DNA of 64,000 nucleotides, counting the filler, from Basidioascus undulatus (taxonomy: Eukaryota): NCBI GenBank assembly GCA_000826855.1. It is 9 parts of 9 records of this genome, joined end to end, with 100 filler letters (N's around TTAATTAATTAA, not from the genome) between each part and the next. Parts side by side here need not be neighbours in the genome. Positions count along the whole stretch, not along the records: positions 21,673 to 28,788 come from JTLS01001607.1; positions 28,889 to 36,001 come from JTLS01001608.1; positions 36,102 to 43,210 come from JTLS01001609.1; 6 more parts are not named here. The stretch is one strand, 5' to 3'. The number at the start of each line of letters is the position of its first letter. The stretch's first letter is position 1. The translations under genes and the position numbers were made by a program. The notes beneath the pieces are model-generated. The model was not told the origin of the DNA. It did no database searches and saw only the letters and a program-made list of their open reading frames with translations. Below are positions 24,930 to 37,439 of this stretch, in pieces.

Positions 24930-26382
24930 ATGTTAGGATGTTAAGACCCATCAGAGCTCAGAACGCGAAGCAGAGAGCCAGCTGATGCTTGTTGTTGGGT
25001 CAGGAGCAACAAGGGCTACACGACCATCGAGTTCGTGCGTCCCTCCTGCCTTCTTTGCCTCGTCGATGCGCGCTCACAAGCTCTTCCACTACTCAGGACG
25101 AAGACGAAGACGGCGACATCGGCTCATCCAACGCGCCCCCCCGGCTAGACTTTCAAAGTGCGCTCATCCCTACCCACCCCCTCGCCCACAGCTGAACCTC
25201 CAACTCATTTGCACCTCACCCACAGACTTCGGGACGAGCGCCGGATCCGGGCAGGGTTACGCCCATCCCGACGCAACGCAGACCAACCCGAATGCGGGGT
25301 TCTGGACGATCGAGGCGTACCAGCCTCTCTTTGACGTGGACACCGCTACGGTGCGTCTCGGGCAGTGCGGGCATGGTCGGGTGGTAGTGGCTGAGTTGAG
25401 ATGAGGTCCTGGGACGAAGGTTCTGGAGCGGTGTTGGAAGACGGTGCTGCCAAAGGGGAACTGGCTGGAGGAAACTGTGGGCGGAGAGGACAAAATGGAC
25501 CTCTACGGTGCGCCTACTCCCATACCCTCCCCTTCGAGCCTGCCCTTATACCCACCGCGCGGCAGGCCCATTCTGGTCCCTCACAACCCTCGCCTTCGTC
25601 ATCTTCGGTACCTCCTCCCCCTTTCCCCTCTCCCACCGCCTTCCCCTGTGACCTGAACCTGAACCAACCCGGCGGCCGACAGTGTTCTCCTCCCTCGCCT
25701 CCTCCATCACCTCCTACCTTTCGGGGAGCACGTACGAGTATAACTTCACGGCGCTCAGCATCGCCGTCACGCTCGTGTACGTGTACGGCCTCGCCCTGCC
25801 GCTCGTGCTCTGGGGCGCGGGGCGCTGGATGGGCATTGGCTGGAACTGGCTCAGCCTCGTTGGGATCTGGGGGTACGGCGTACGTCCCTCCTTCGCTTTC
25901 TAGACCGCTTTCCCACTTGTGAACGAAGATCGAGACTGACGCATTGCACCGGACGTAGATGACCATCTGGATCCCCATCGCCGCGCTGTGCATCATCCCC
26001 GTCTCCATCCTGCGCTGGGCGCTCGTGGGGATTGCCGTACGCTCTCCCTTCCTTCCTTTCTTCCACCATCAATCCCTTATCCTTATTCTCAACCCCATTC
26101 CCCCACCCAGGCCGTCTCCTCCGGCTGGTTCATAATCCGCCACCTCTACCCGCACCTCGCGCAGGTCCGTCCTGCCTTCCTCCCCTTCCCCCCGCGGCAG
26201 CTAACCCTGTTATGTGCTTCGGGAAACGTCAGTCCGACCACCCCTCGAGCCGCTTCCTCCTAATCATCATCGGCGCGCTCCACCTCGCCGTCGCACTCAC
26301 GCTCAAGATCGCATTCTTCTCGTACTCCGTCGGCGGGAAGACGCTCGGGCCGGACGAGCCGCTGCCGGGGGCAACGCAATGA
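24930..26382 (+). CDS. Yip1-domain Golgi membrane protein (YIPF1/2-like), multi-exon
   Basis: FWTIEAYQPLFDVDT, VLERCWKTVLP, DLYG/PFWSLTTL, YEYNFTALSIAVTLVYVYG, WGYG/MTIWIP, with several TM segments. Start position uncertain. Confidence 0.9.
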
Positions 26383-26923
26383 GGGGGAGGCTTCGTTCAG
26401 GGGGAGGATTTGCGGGAGGTGGGAGATACTGGTGCGATGAGGGGCAGTACTGCGCTGGCTGACTGGTTGGCCGGATTCACTGCTTGAAATGGTGCGGTTG
26501 CTTGCCTGTTGGTTCTGCTTATTTGAGTGAGCCACGGTAGACAGCTTTGCGGATACTGGCGAACAGTGACCGGGGCAATGGCACGGAAGACCTTCCCCTT
26601 AGCTTTGACAAGAGCGCACACTGTACCTGGGACTGAGGCCACATGCCCGCTACACTTATCTTTCGCATCACTATATAGCTGCATCGCCTTCCACCTTGTA
26701 CCATGTTTTGTTTGGGGGCAGCCCTTACGAATTTTCACGACTTCAAGTGGTTCATGCCGTGAAACTCGACACCGGCACTTATATGAGCATCGCCAAGCAA
26801 CCTTGCGAAGCAGACGCTTGGTACGCCACCTACAAGCACGACGCACACTAGCCCATGCAGTCTGTGTTCAATATGAATGTGTATAACGTGCATCTGGCCT
26901 TGCTCCCCCCGTCTGCAACCCGC

Positions 26924-28067
26924 TCACTGCACGAGCCTCCGACCCTCGAGCGGCAAGACGATGTCTCTTTCAGCGTACAGAGTAGCCAGAGCCTCCAGCT
27001 TCTGGAGCGGCAAAGGCGCGCTGTTGTCCCAGCTCACGTAGATTTCCTTCAACGGGTGAGACGCCCGCTTGCTGAAAGAGTGCAGAAACATGAGCGACCG
27101 CAGGTCGCCTTCACCGAAGTAGACGATGAGCTCGGTCAACGTCGAGGGCAGGGACGGCGAGAGCGTCGACGGGCGTAGTGTCCCATACGTAGAAACGAAT
27201 GAATTGGATGTTCGGAAGTAGGGAAATCATTCCGGCATCAGTTCGTCTGCGATGTTCAAGTCACCAACGCGACGGAATTGAGGACCATAATGAGTGAAGA
27301 ACTGACGGAGGGCGTCCGCCGAGCATTCAATGCAATCGAAATTGATCTCGTCCAGATAGGGAAGAGGGACCGCGAAAGGAAGAAGACAAATTCGCGGCTG
27401 TCGACGAAGTTCCGTTCTAGGAACTTGAGCATCTGCAGTTCAGGCAAGTAGATCGGGGCGATGCCAACGAAGGCCGGTTCGCCTTGCACGTCGAGTTCGA
27501 TGTCCAGATGGCGGAGCTTGCCGAGATTGCGTAACGTGGAAGCTCTCCGCGGCTGATTCCCTGACGCTGATCGACAGATACGTATGGGTCAGGCCGCTGC
27601 CTGAGCCGAGAGCATGGAGCGTCAGAGGGCCCCCGTAGGCGTGAATTTGGCTGATTGAAGGCTACGAGCGAAGCTGAGCACCTGCGGAAGAACGGTCCAG
27701 TCCAGATCATAGGCTTCGAAAATCCAGAGCCAATTCACTATGAGCTTTTGAGTGTGGCAGAAGGGTCGACGTCCAGCAAGACCGAGGGAGACGAGCAGGC
27801 GAGCGAACATGCGAATCTCCTCGTCGCTCTCGAGAGTCAAGGAGCGATGACGATACGGCTCTGAAAGTCACTATATACAGAGCATCAGTATGCATATTTC
27901 ATCTCATCAGGCAAGACGGTGCCATGAACGTCAAGACTCACATCCCAAGATCGACACACTAGCGCAAGAGAGGCACCGTCGCCGCCCAAACCATCATTGA
28001 CCGTGTGATCTAGGGCTAATTCGAAGACTCAGGACCAAGCCTCCGCGGGGAGCGAAAGGTTCCGCAT
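26924..28067 (-). pseudogene. F-box-like / LRR-type protein pseudogene
   Basis: Exon 1 reads MRNLSLPAEAWS*VFELA...SLALVCRSWD (F-box-like LPxE...LVCRxW) with TGA at 28029-28031. The Leu-rich body is broken into several frames. Confidence 0.6.
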
Positions 28068-28788
28068 GGTGGATCGAAAATCGATGTGAGATATGAGAGG
28101 ATGCAGGAGGACATAATCAACCGTGGAAAGACGTGAGAAATGAGCGTAGCGCCGAAAAAGTTAAAGGGAACCGGCCGCAAAAATCTCGACCCGCTTTTTG
28201 ACTTCCTGTGTTGACAAACAGAAGATGATTCCTACCAGCAAGCCTTTACCTTTAAATAGGCATCACACGTCTGGTGATTGGGGGCAGCAAGCAGCACGCC
28301 TACGTCGCGCTCGCTCGTCTCCGCAAACATGTCCATCCAACGACCCCAACCAACGAGCATTGAAACACCCCCCCAATCCCTCCCGCCCCTTATAACCCGG
28401 AATCCCAATAATAAAACTATACAGTGCAAGGGGTAAAAAGGAGGAGAATCCGCGACGAGGCTGTCCGAAGAGAGTGGAAAGTCGAGAAGTGAATGCGAAA
28501 AGGTATAAAGTCTGCTGAGAAAAGAACGGGGCAAGACAGAACGAGGAACGAGGGAAGAGGGAAGGCGGTTCTAGCCCTGGTAAGTCATAGATTCCCGGTC
28601 GTCGGCGTAGATTCGGGCCCACTCCAGGAGTCTGTGTGAGCGGAGGTCGGTTTAGCTGCCGCGCGAAAAGGAAAAGGGAAGAAGGAAGACTTACAGCCGG
28701 TACATGTACACTGTGTCCCACACCAAGCCAGCGTCAACAGATGCTCGGAAATAAGAGCGAAAGACCACCAAAGAGGAAGGGCGGTGGG

Positions 28789-28888
28789 NNNNNNNNNNNN
28801 NNNNNNNNNNNNNNNNNNNNNNNNNNNNNNNNTTAATTAATTAANNNNNNNNNNNNNNNNNNNNNNNNNNNNNNNNNNNNNNNNNNNN
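28789..28888. other. Artificial contig linker
   Basis: 44N-TTAATTAATTAA-44N. Confidence 0.99.
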
Positions 28889-31023
28889 GGTTGAGGAAGT
28901 AGGGGAGGTAGGCCGAGGGGATCTTGGCAAATTCGAGAAGGGGCAGACGGGCGCGGGAGAGGATGAGTGAGGCTTTGTGTCGTGGGCCCGTGGGCGGCCG
29001 GGAGGAGCGGGGACGTTGTCGGTGGACGGCGCTGTCGACTGGCACGCTTCAGTCAACAGAGCAAAATGTACGAGGATTTCAGAAATATAAACACTCACAG
29101 GTCGTTGCAGTCGTGACGGAGCTCAAGCTTTAGATCGCCGTTGTTTGTGCACCGCGGCTGGAGGCGTTCAGGGTGTAAGAGGCAAGAGGCATAGGGTGAC
29201 GACGAGGGGCGAGGGAGTGTCGCGAGGCGCGGGCCCGCATACAAAGCGCTTGCCTTGGCTTGCCGACGATGGTGTCGATCGGAACGCACGGGAAGAACGC
29301 GTGCCGTCCAACGTCCGGGCGTCGAACTCTAGCCCACTCGGCGCCAGATCAGCTTGGGTCTTGCAGTGGAGATAAAGGAAATTGACGTTACTTTGGTGGG
29401 CGGGAGGACCAGGGAACTAGGAAAATAGGGTGTCTGATGCGGTCGGGGTTGAGGGTGATGGCAGGTTGAGTGCAAGGACGGAGAAGGCGCAGCGAGTGTT
29501 TGGCTGCGACTGCGCTGTTAAAGTCGGTGGAGTACGGTTTCGAGTTACGCTCTGCGTCTGCGGTTATTTGGAAGTTTGAGCTGTAATCAAAGGAAATGCA
29601 CACCTTAAAGCGAAGCGAAGGCGGGGCGGAGCCAGCACGTGTAAACGACGAGTCGCTGCGACCCGAAAGAGCGGCCCTGCGTGAGCGAGGAGCGAACTGT
29701 CGACACCCTGAGAGCGAGCGGAGCTTGTGCCTGGCGTCCCTTCGACGGAAGCGGGAGCTTGCTGACTTGCCTCGAGTCGCCCCTCGCTTGATGCCCCCAG
29801 CCCTTCCCCCAACTTCCCCTGTCAACCCCCCTTGCCGTTGAAACGTAGTAACTCTCGGAAAACCAAACAGCCATGAACGAAAGGCAAGTGCGAGGCTGTG
29901 CAGAGGATAGAGATTGGCGCTCATCTCAACCATCCTCAGAACCCGGCTGTGTAAAAGCGTGCCTCCTTGACCAATCACAGCGAGAGAAGGACTTCGAATA
30001 TTGCGCATACGAGGGATGATCGAAACTTGGTCCTGCAGGAATCCGTCGAAGCATGTGAGAATCCCAAGCATGTCGCTTGCGGCTTGGTAAAGATCAGCGA
30101 GTAGGCATGACCAGCAAAGATGAAATTGATAGCCCGTGAGCGCGATGGAACTCCTACTTTCAGTGGTTGACAGTTGTAAGAATTGTCGTGTTTTGTTCGT
30201 TGTACGAATGGAGGGGTGTGTAGAGTTGAAGACAGTTCCAAGAGCGGTCCGTCTTTCCCTCCGTCTTCCCGTGCCGAATTGTGACCGTCCTCGAGGCGGC
30301 GCTCACGCCACATTGAACTGCAACGGTTGCCAACGGAAGCCCTATTCAATCGAGCAGGTAATCCTGATCTCGTCAGTTTCGATATTCGAGTGAAGGGCAG
30401 GTGAGCGATATTCGAAGTCGAAGACGAGGACGTGGTTTGCGACCAGCGGATCGAAGAATCAAAGGAAGCGAGACCTGAAAGGACGAGGAGAGACGTGGGC
30501 TGGGACGACGAATTACATGTAGATGTGCTAGTATGTTCAGAAGATGAGAAATGAAGGTTTTGTGGGCGTCTTCCAAGGAGGATGGAGGGAAGGAAGACGC
30601 GAGGTGGACGAAAATGCCAACTTTCCGGTCACGTGAGTGAAAATGTTAAGTCGTGAGCGGCCACAGTGCCATACTGCAAGGCCTTGTATGACTATGCATT
30701 GTGACAGGGAAAATGGAAGCATTGGAATATATGCATTAGTTGGTGAGGAAACGTAATGCATGCGTGCAAACGGAGGATGGCAATCTTGAACGGCTCCGCG
30801 AAACAGCAGTTGCACTGCATTCAAGCAATCACGTTGATACAAATCCTGGCTACAAATGCAATTTGACACTAAACAAAGTCCTGAAAATGTCATAAGTAGT
30901 TCTGGTTCTCAATCCTCTTTCCGCTCCCGACTCCGCCCCCCGGAACCACCCTGCGCATTATCCCTCTCCAACTGTTCCATCCTCCCCTTCACCCACTTGT
31001 CCCACTTCTCTATATCCTCCTCT

Positions 31024-31926
31024 TCACTCTTGGGCACCCCAATCATTGAGGGTACAACACGTGCGTTCAAGCTTTGGGGGAACCATATCAGCCAAGGGAG
31101 CGGGCAGAACGAAGGAGAGGGACGCAGCGCACTCTCGGAAGATTTGAGCTAGCCCGTGAGGGACCTGATCTGAGGGTCGATCATAGAAAGCCTGAATTTT
31201 CTGGTCCCCTTTGGAGCCTGGCGGTGATAGCTCGAGAGTGACCGTTGTGGTGAAGTCGATTATCTTGCCGAGGAGGAAGGTCTTGGTGTCATGGCTATGC
31301 CGCGATCTGAAATAAAATCCAGCAGACTCACAAGGACAGTTACAGTTCGTAGACGATATGTGTTGGCGAGGCGGACGTGACGAGGTGGGAGCGTGTGACG
31401 GGCGACTGGGTATGGGCAGGCCGTAGAGCTGGCCGCCTATTTGCTTGCGGCCGTGTCTGAATGCAGTGGTACACGGCATGAGAGTTGTCTATAGGTGTAT
31501 ACCAAGTTAGGCGTGCTCACGCATTTACAAACCTGTTCTCGGGGAGGGGAATCAGTGCTGCCGCAAGGCGGTCGATTCGAAGTGAACGGGACATACGCGT
31601 CCTGATACGTCGCGTCCTCCTATTACCACATGACATCCAGCCTACTCTATTGTACTTTCGACACTGTCAAACCCTCGCAGTGAAATGATGCAGCTTCCAC
31701 AAAGAGGGCCGCGCCTGGAAGAGGTCGAGCGTGACGCCGACGAGCTCGCGCTGCCGATCGGTGAGCGACACGCCTGGGGCGACGTGCATAGTCGTGTTGT
31801 GCAGAACTTGGGTCGGAAAGCATCAGTGAATGGTTGGAGTAGGGCGGTAGAGATACGAGGGAAGGCCAGGGGAGGCTGAAGGGGCAGACACCGAACTCTG
31901 GGTGTGAACGGCCAGCTGTCATCCAT
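31024..31926 (-). CDS. Conserved fungal NTF2/SnoaL-like small protein, multi-exon (may be degenerate)
   Basis: Exons read LHNTTMHVAPGVSLTDRQRELVGVTLDLFQARPS, EDATYQD, HGRKQIGGQLYGLP and KIQAFYDR. These resemble a fungal family with APGVxL...VLDLF..RPS...F.DP...GR..Q.YGL. Confidence 0.45.
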
Positions 31927-32817
31927 TCAGATGCTGAAAGGACAAGTCGACACAAGCAGAACACCTGAGTCGGCATTGCACGCCTGGTGCACATTTCCTA
32001 ACTGCAAGACCATTGGATGGACTCATACGCACCAGTGCCGCAAGCGAGCCCCAGGCCAATCAGGGAACGGCTGAGTCGACGTTGTGGCGGATAGTCGAGC
32101 CCTTGAACTCTGACCAGCCCAGCTCCTGCATAAAAAGTACAATTTAAACGGTGACATATCAACGAACAGGATCACGAGATGCACTTCCATTCCCCGGCGT
32201 CTGCCTCTCAGGAACCGCTGGCAGCCAGGCAGCGGAGTGGGAGTACTATCATATCATGATCGACAAAGCCCACTCTGCACAGGCTTTGTGACACTTCGTA
32301 TATAGCTACTGGATCGGCGCCGTTTCAAGTACTAAGAAGCAGTTGCATATAAAATGGCGATGCAGTGCTATGCAGTTTCGAACGTGCTTTGAAGATGGTG
32401 TGCGGCTTACGTAAGAAAGTCTAGGTCAGGTCCGTCAAGAGGCGTGTTCTCGCCTGTTGACGTTCGACATTGCGACGAGGCTCAGCGGGTCCCACACTCT
32501 TTGCCCTTGGACATTCTCGGCACACAAGCCTGGCTGCTGGGCCTCCAGGCCTGCCTTTGCTGTCTGGCAGGTCGCACCAGGCCCAAAGAGATGAGCGCGG
32601 GGCTGAGCCTGGTGCGGGCGATAGTAGGTCTGCGGGATCCCAGTCGACTGAGCCTCGCTTCTCGTCCTTCTGCCTCATCCCTCTTCTACCCGCGTACTCA
32701 CCCCTGGATCCAATCTTGTTTCATCCCAAATTCCACATTCACACATCCGCCTCAAGTTGCAAAGCTTCTCGTCCAAGCATCACCGCTCGCTCTTACCACC
32801 CACCCATTCTCACCGTC

Positions 32818-33432
32818 ATGCCCACCACCACCCGCTCTCGCGCCAAGCGCACCCTCACGTCCGACTCGGACGCCTCTACCTCATCCTCTTCATCCACACC
32901 CATCTTCATCAAGCTCGAGATCGACACTGAGCCCGTCGCCGAGCCCGAACCCGCCGTCGTGATGAAGTCCGAACCCCTCGAGGACGAGGACGAGTACAAC
33001 CTCGGGCGTCCTTCTCTCCTCTACAACCCCACCACGCCTTCCCCTCGGCCGTTTCTATCCCATGACTCCGTCTCGCCAACGTCTACACCTCCGCCTACCC
33101 TGAAGCGCAAGCGCACCCCGACGCTCTCCTCCCCCTCGTCTGCCCTCTCGTCTCCGCCTGCGCACGCGATCCTGCGCCATGTCCGCACATTCTGGCAGGC
33201 CGAGGCCAGCTGGGCCGCATGCATGCTCGAGCACAACTTCCGCGCGCATCGCCCCTTCAAGTGTGTCCAGCGCAACGCCGTCGCCGGCCGCGGGCCGCCG
33301 GGCACGGACTCCATCATCCAGTGCTTCGAGAACGTGATGAGGACTAGGTTGGAGAGCGTCAAGGGCGTGGAGGGGCTTGTGTTGCGCGCGGCGTTCGAGA
33401 TGAGGAAGGGGAGCAGAGTGGGGGGCGTCTAG
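32818..33432 (+). CDS. Hypothetical protein, single exon, 204 aa
   Basis: ATG at 32818, GC3-rich codons, disordered N-terminus with a KRKR NLS-like motif, helical-looking C-terminus. Confidence 0.6.
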   Translation: MPTTTRSRAKRTLTSDSDASTSSSSSTPIFIKLEIDTEPVAEPEPAVVMKSEPLEDEDEYNLGRPSLLYNPTTPSPRPFLSHDSVSPTSTPPPTLKRKRTPTLSSPSSALSSPPAHAILRHVRTFWQAEASWAACMLEHNFRAHRPFKCVQRNAVAGRGPPGTDSIIQCFENVMRTRLESVKGVEGLVLRAAFEMRKGSRVGGV

Positions 33433-34994
33433 GGATATGTTGCTTGTTCTGCGTTTTCTTGGGTCGGCCGGCGTCGCATGTTGTATACTACTCGCATTTC
33501 GCTCGCTTTCGCTTTTGCATTTCGTGTTCGCATTTCTCAACTTGGATGGTGTGCCTGTGTACGCTTTACAACTCGGTCGGACGGTTTCGCCGAGATGCGT
33601 TGAAAGTCGCAGCGCGGCTGCCCTCACATGGACCATTCATCGTCCCGCACTCCCGCATCGACATGGCAGAAACTTTTGGTGGCTTCTGTTGTCTATGTTC
33701 ATTTGCAGAAAGCATGGCACTGGGTTTGACGGTGAGAGGATCATAATGAATACTGTAGGTGGTGTAGAGCGCCAGAAATTCATTAACACCGACGTCGAGG
33801 CTTGCCTTCTGACATCCTAGCGGTGCGACCTTCGCGACCTTCCTTCTTCCTTTACCCTACGCTGTTCTCAGCTTGGTCTTTTTGCACGCTTCTCTGTTCG
33901 TCCTTACTCTGTCCCGTACTGAGCATAAAATACACTACCGTCGACCGCTTTTGCTGACCAAAATCGTCGACTTTCGTAGCTTTCGTCGAGCCAGCGCTCC
34001 ACCCGCTTGGCTCCGCTTCGCGCGAACGACTTCGCTTGTTCTCGCGCTCTATTTTGGCTGCGCGAGAAAGTGGATAAGTGAAGGAGCGGATCGTGCGTAC
34101 TTTTGACCTTTCTGTCGGTGAGGGGCTGTATGGAGCCATGTCGGCGGCTGGGAAACGAGCGTCGAGGCTTCTCAGGCCCAGCGCCTCGTCTGCCCGTCTT
34201 CGCATCCGCCACAGTATGGATGCTGTGAGACTGACAATCCCAGTGCACGGACAGTGTCCTTCTACAGGTACCGCTTGTCTTTTGGCCCTTCCCCCGCCTC
34301 TGCATGCCAATTCTAGCCTCGGCCATCCTCAGAGCCGGCTCAAGCCTCCGCCTCGTCTCGCCGCACAGCGCTCTTGCCCGCGCCGCGTCCGCCGCCCGCC
34401 TCGAATGGCCCCCGTCTGCTTCTGAACGCATGACGAGCTCGAAGCGACACCTTTCCCCCGATCTCGATCTCCCGTCTTCCGCCAGCAAGCGTCGCACCCT
34501 CTCGCCCCCCCTCCTCGCACCGTTCTTCCTCTGGCTTTCTTGTGTTTCCCGCATGCTTGTCTTCGTTTCATTTTGTTGTTGCAACCCCTCCCCCTCGCCG
34601 TTCTTCCGCCTCACGCACATGGCTTGGCATCGCACTTCGCACCCAACTCCCCACTCTAATCTTCTGTATAATCTTGCTTGTTTGTTCGCTTGTAGCTCGA
34701 CCGCCTGGTCCAACTGGCCCACCACTCCATTTAATTGTTGTTTTGACTAATGCGTGCGGGGACGGCTTAGGTATCGAGGAGGGAGGTCGCGTGCGCGGAA
34801 TTCAGCTTGCTCGACTCAGAAGACACGCTCGTCCGTTTATGCGCCACCACCCAGGAAAGGTGATCCGGGAAAGAGTGTCGCCGCATAAACGTTTGCCCGT
34901 GCCCGTTGCAAGTCGGACAGCTGGCGCAGTTGCGGGCCCTTTTCTTGCATTCATTTTATGGCATGTGAGTTAATAGTTTGAAAGACTCAAGAAG

Positions 34995-35084
34995 TCTTTG
35001 GTGGCGCAATTGGCTAGCGCGTCCGACTGTTACTACTGCTACAGTGGAATCGGGAGGTTGTGAGTTCGAGTCTCACCCGAAGAG
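34995..35084 (+). tRNA. tRNA-Asn(GTT) with a 16-nt intron (35033-35048)
   Basis: Acceptor stem TCTTTGG/CCGAAGA, D stem GCGC/GCGC, anticodon stem TCCGA/TCGGG with GTT at 35029-35031. Intron at the canonical 37/38 position, T arm GTGAG-TTCGAGT-CTCAC, T-rich tract downstream. Confidence 0.95.
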
Positions 35085-35605
35085 CTTTCTTTTCTCGTCT
35101 CTCCCTTCCCCTCCATCCTACCCTCCTACACAGCCTCCTTTTTTTTTAAAAAAAAAGGTCAAGTTTCGTTTAATTTCCCCCTTTGTCCAAGCCCAATACA
35201 AAGAAAGAAGAAGAAAGAGGGAGAAAGGGAGACTCAGGAGGTGGCTGAGGCGGGAGCTGAGGCTGCAGATTGCGTTTCAGCCGTAATAATTTTTTACGGC
35301 TTGGGGACAAAGTCCTCACGCAGCTGCATGGTCTGCGGGAATTTTAGGAAAGGGTTGCATCTGGTTTTGAAACTCAGCTCCTGCCAGCCAATCAGGATCT
35401 GCAGGCTGAGGCAGGTGCCACAGTCAGGCTGATGCAATACGGCTGCCCATGGTGCATTGGGGAGAGGGCGGAAGAGCTCCTCCGCTGCGTAGGTGCTTTT
35501 GATTTTGGACCACTATCGTCTCCAGAGTTAGTTTATTATTTCCCTTTTGCCCTCCCCTTCCTCCTGCAGTATATTAACCTCCTTTGCCTCTATAGCACAG
35601 TAGCC

Positions 35606-36001
35606 ATGCCTTCTGGCACTGCACATCCCCCCAAGCCCATCAAGGTGGATGGCCTCTATGAAATACTTTGTAGAAGCTATCATTGGCCACATCATGGAAG
35701 AGGATGGCATGATTAAATTCCATGTTGCTTGGGAAGGCAAGTATCTGTCAATGCCTGGCCCCTCCCCCCTTCTCCTTTTCTCTCTCTATCCATATTCATC
35801 TCAAACAGAATACTGATTGGAATCGGTGAATGGAAATTTTCAACAGGATACCCTGGGAAGGACAACACTTGGGAGCCAGTCAAGCACCTCAAGAACTGCA
35901 AGAGCCTCCTCTACCACTATGTCAAGATCCGGCAGAGTGAAACAGACCGCAACGGGGGCTACCCGGGGCTTGTGAGGGCAATGGTTGATTACGAGACGAG
36001 T
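35606..36001 (+). pseudogene. Chromodomain-encoding gene or relic (3' partial)
   Basis: YFVEAIIGHIMEEDGMIKFHVAWEG/YPGKDNTWEPVKHLKNCKSLLYHY is a chromodomain, spliced across a GC-AG intron. It is out of frame with the ATG at 35606; an alternative in-frame ATG lies at about 35658. Confidence 0.7.
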
Positions 36002-36101
36002 NNNNNNNNNNNNNNNNNNNNNNNNNNNNNNNNNNNNNNNNNNNNTTAATTAATTAANNNNNNNNNNNNNNNNNNNNNNNNNNNNNNNNNNNNNNNNNNN
36101 N
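36002..36101. other. Artificial contig linker
   Basis: 44N-TTAATTAATTAA-44N. Confidence 0.99.
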
Positions 36102-36170
36102 GCGTCGACTACCGGGGCCTCAACCGCCTCACCGTCAAGAACCGCTACCCACGCCCCCTCAACGATGGAT
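36102..36170 (+). mobile_element. Ty3/gypsy LTR-retrotransposon reverse transcriptase fragment
   Basis: VDYRGLNRLTVKNRYPRPLND matches the gypsy RT motif CVDYRxLNxxTxKNRYPLP. Similarity stops right after it. Confidence 0.8.
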
Positions 36171-37439
36171 ACGAACCTCAAAAACGCGCACGTGCGCGCG
36201 TCTCCATGTCCCCGCCTCGTTCCGCCTCGCATCTGTTCCATCACACGTACCCGCAGCACGGCACCCGCCGCGCACCCATTCGCCATCGCCGCATGTCATC
36301 ATCACATCGTACCATCATCTCATCCATCCATCCAGTTTCCCCGCTCATATGCCACACTCTCCTCATCTCATCTTGTCTCATCTCTTCTCGTCTCGCTCCT
36401 CTTCTTTTGTTCGCCTTACTTACTCTACATCACTACATCAATTGAAGAACTAAATACATCGTCACATCTTCATACATCATACATAGTTTCTCCCACCCGC
36501 ACCGACCCTCCCGGCCATGCCCTACTCTATGCCCAATTTTCATCCTTCTGCCTTCCGCGGCGGGACAGGCTCCCGCCTCCCTCCCTCCGTCTTCTCCATT
36601 TTCTCTTTTCTTTCCCCTTCCCCTTACCTTTCCCCTTCTCGCTTCGAAGCTTCATTTCCCTCTCAGGCTTTTTGGGGTCGTTGGACGTGTGGGGTCGGGG
36701 AAGGAGGTTGAAGGAAAGAGGGGATGGTGAGAGGGTGGGAAGGGGATAGGGCCGCATGCTGCTGCTGAGCTTGTTGATATGAGAATTGAGTCTGAAGTGA
36801 GGCTTGTGCGGAGTGCATGTGAGGGTGTGAGGGCGTGCGCGAGGGCAAGGGGAAGACGTGAATAGAACGGAGGGGGAGGGAGGGACCGACATTTTGCGCT
36901 GCTCGACATGCGTTTTTAGTGTAATTCTGTGCTCGTTGTTGGAGGCTGGCTGTCAGAGAGGTGCGGGAGGTCGAGCAGGTATCCACCTTTCGGCAACGTT
37001 GGCTGCACGTCTTCCACTCAGCTCGCGCGCTCAGAGCAGCGCCCACCGTGTGGTAGCGACAGTGAATCAGGAACACCTCTTCGGTCGTATCGAGGCATAT
37101 CGACAGTTAGGAAGCTTCGATCAGAGAAGGTAGCGAGCGGTGTATCTCGGAGCATCATACAACTGCACAGCAGAGCGTACACGCTGCCCAAGTGCAACCT
37201 AGCCTGCTTCACTTACTAAAAACCCCCCGTATGGTCTTTTTGTCCAAAATTCAGAACTGAATGGCCTCAAGGGTGGCTCAACCAAGACGATATCAAGTGT
37301 GTCTGACGTCACTGCTAGCGACGCAGTATCATTTGCATCCAAGCGTCGGGGAGGGTCTCTTCATCTCAATCTCCCACAGCACTGCATCTTTTCACTGCAC
37401 CTACATCCATCCTCAACATACAACAATCTTAACCTGGCC

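Noticed and set aside
35606..36170. Chromodomain next to gypsy RT as one chromovirus element
   Set aside because: They lie on different contigs across a linker, the order is wrong for a gypsy pol, and the chromodomain has an intron.
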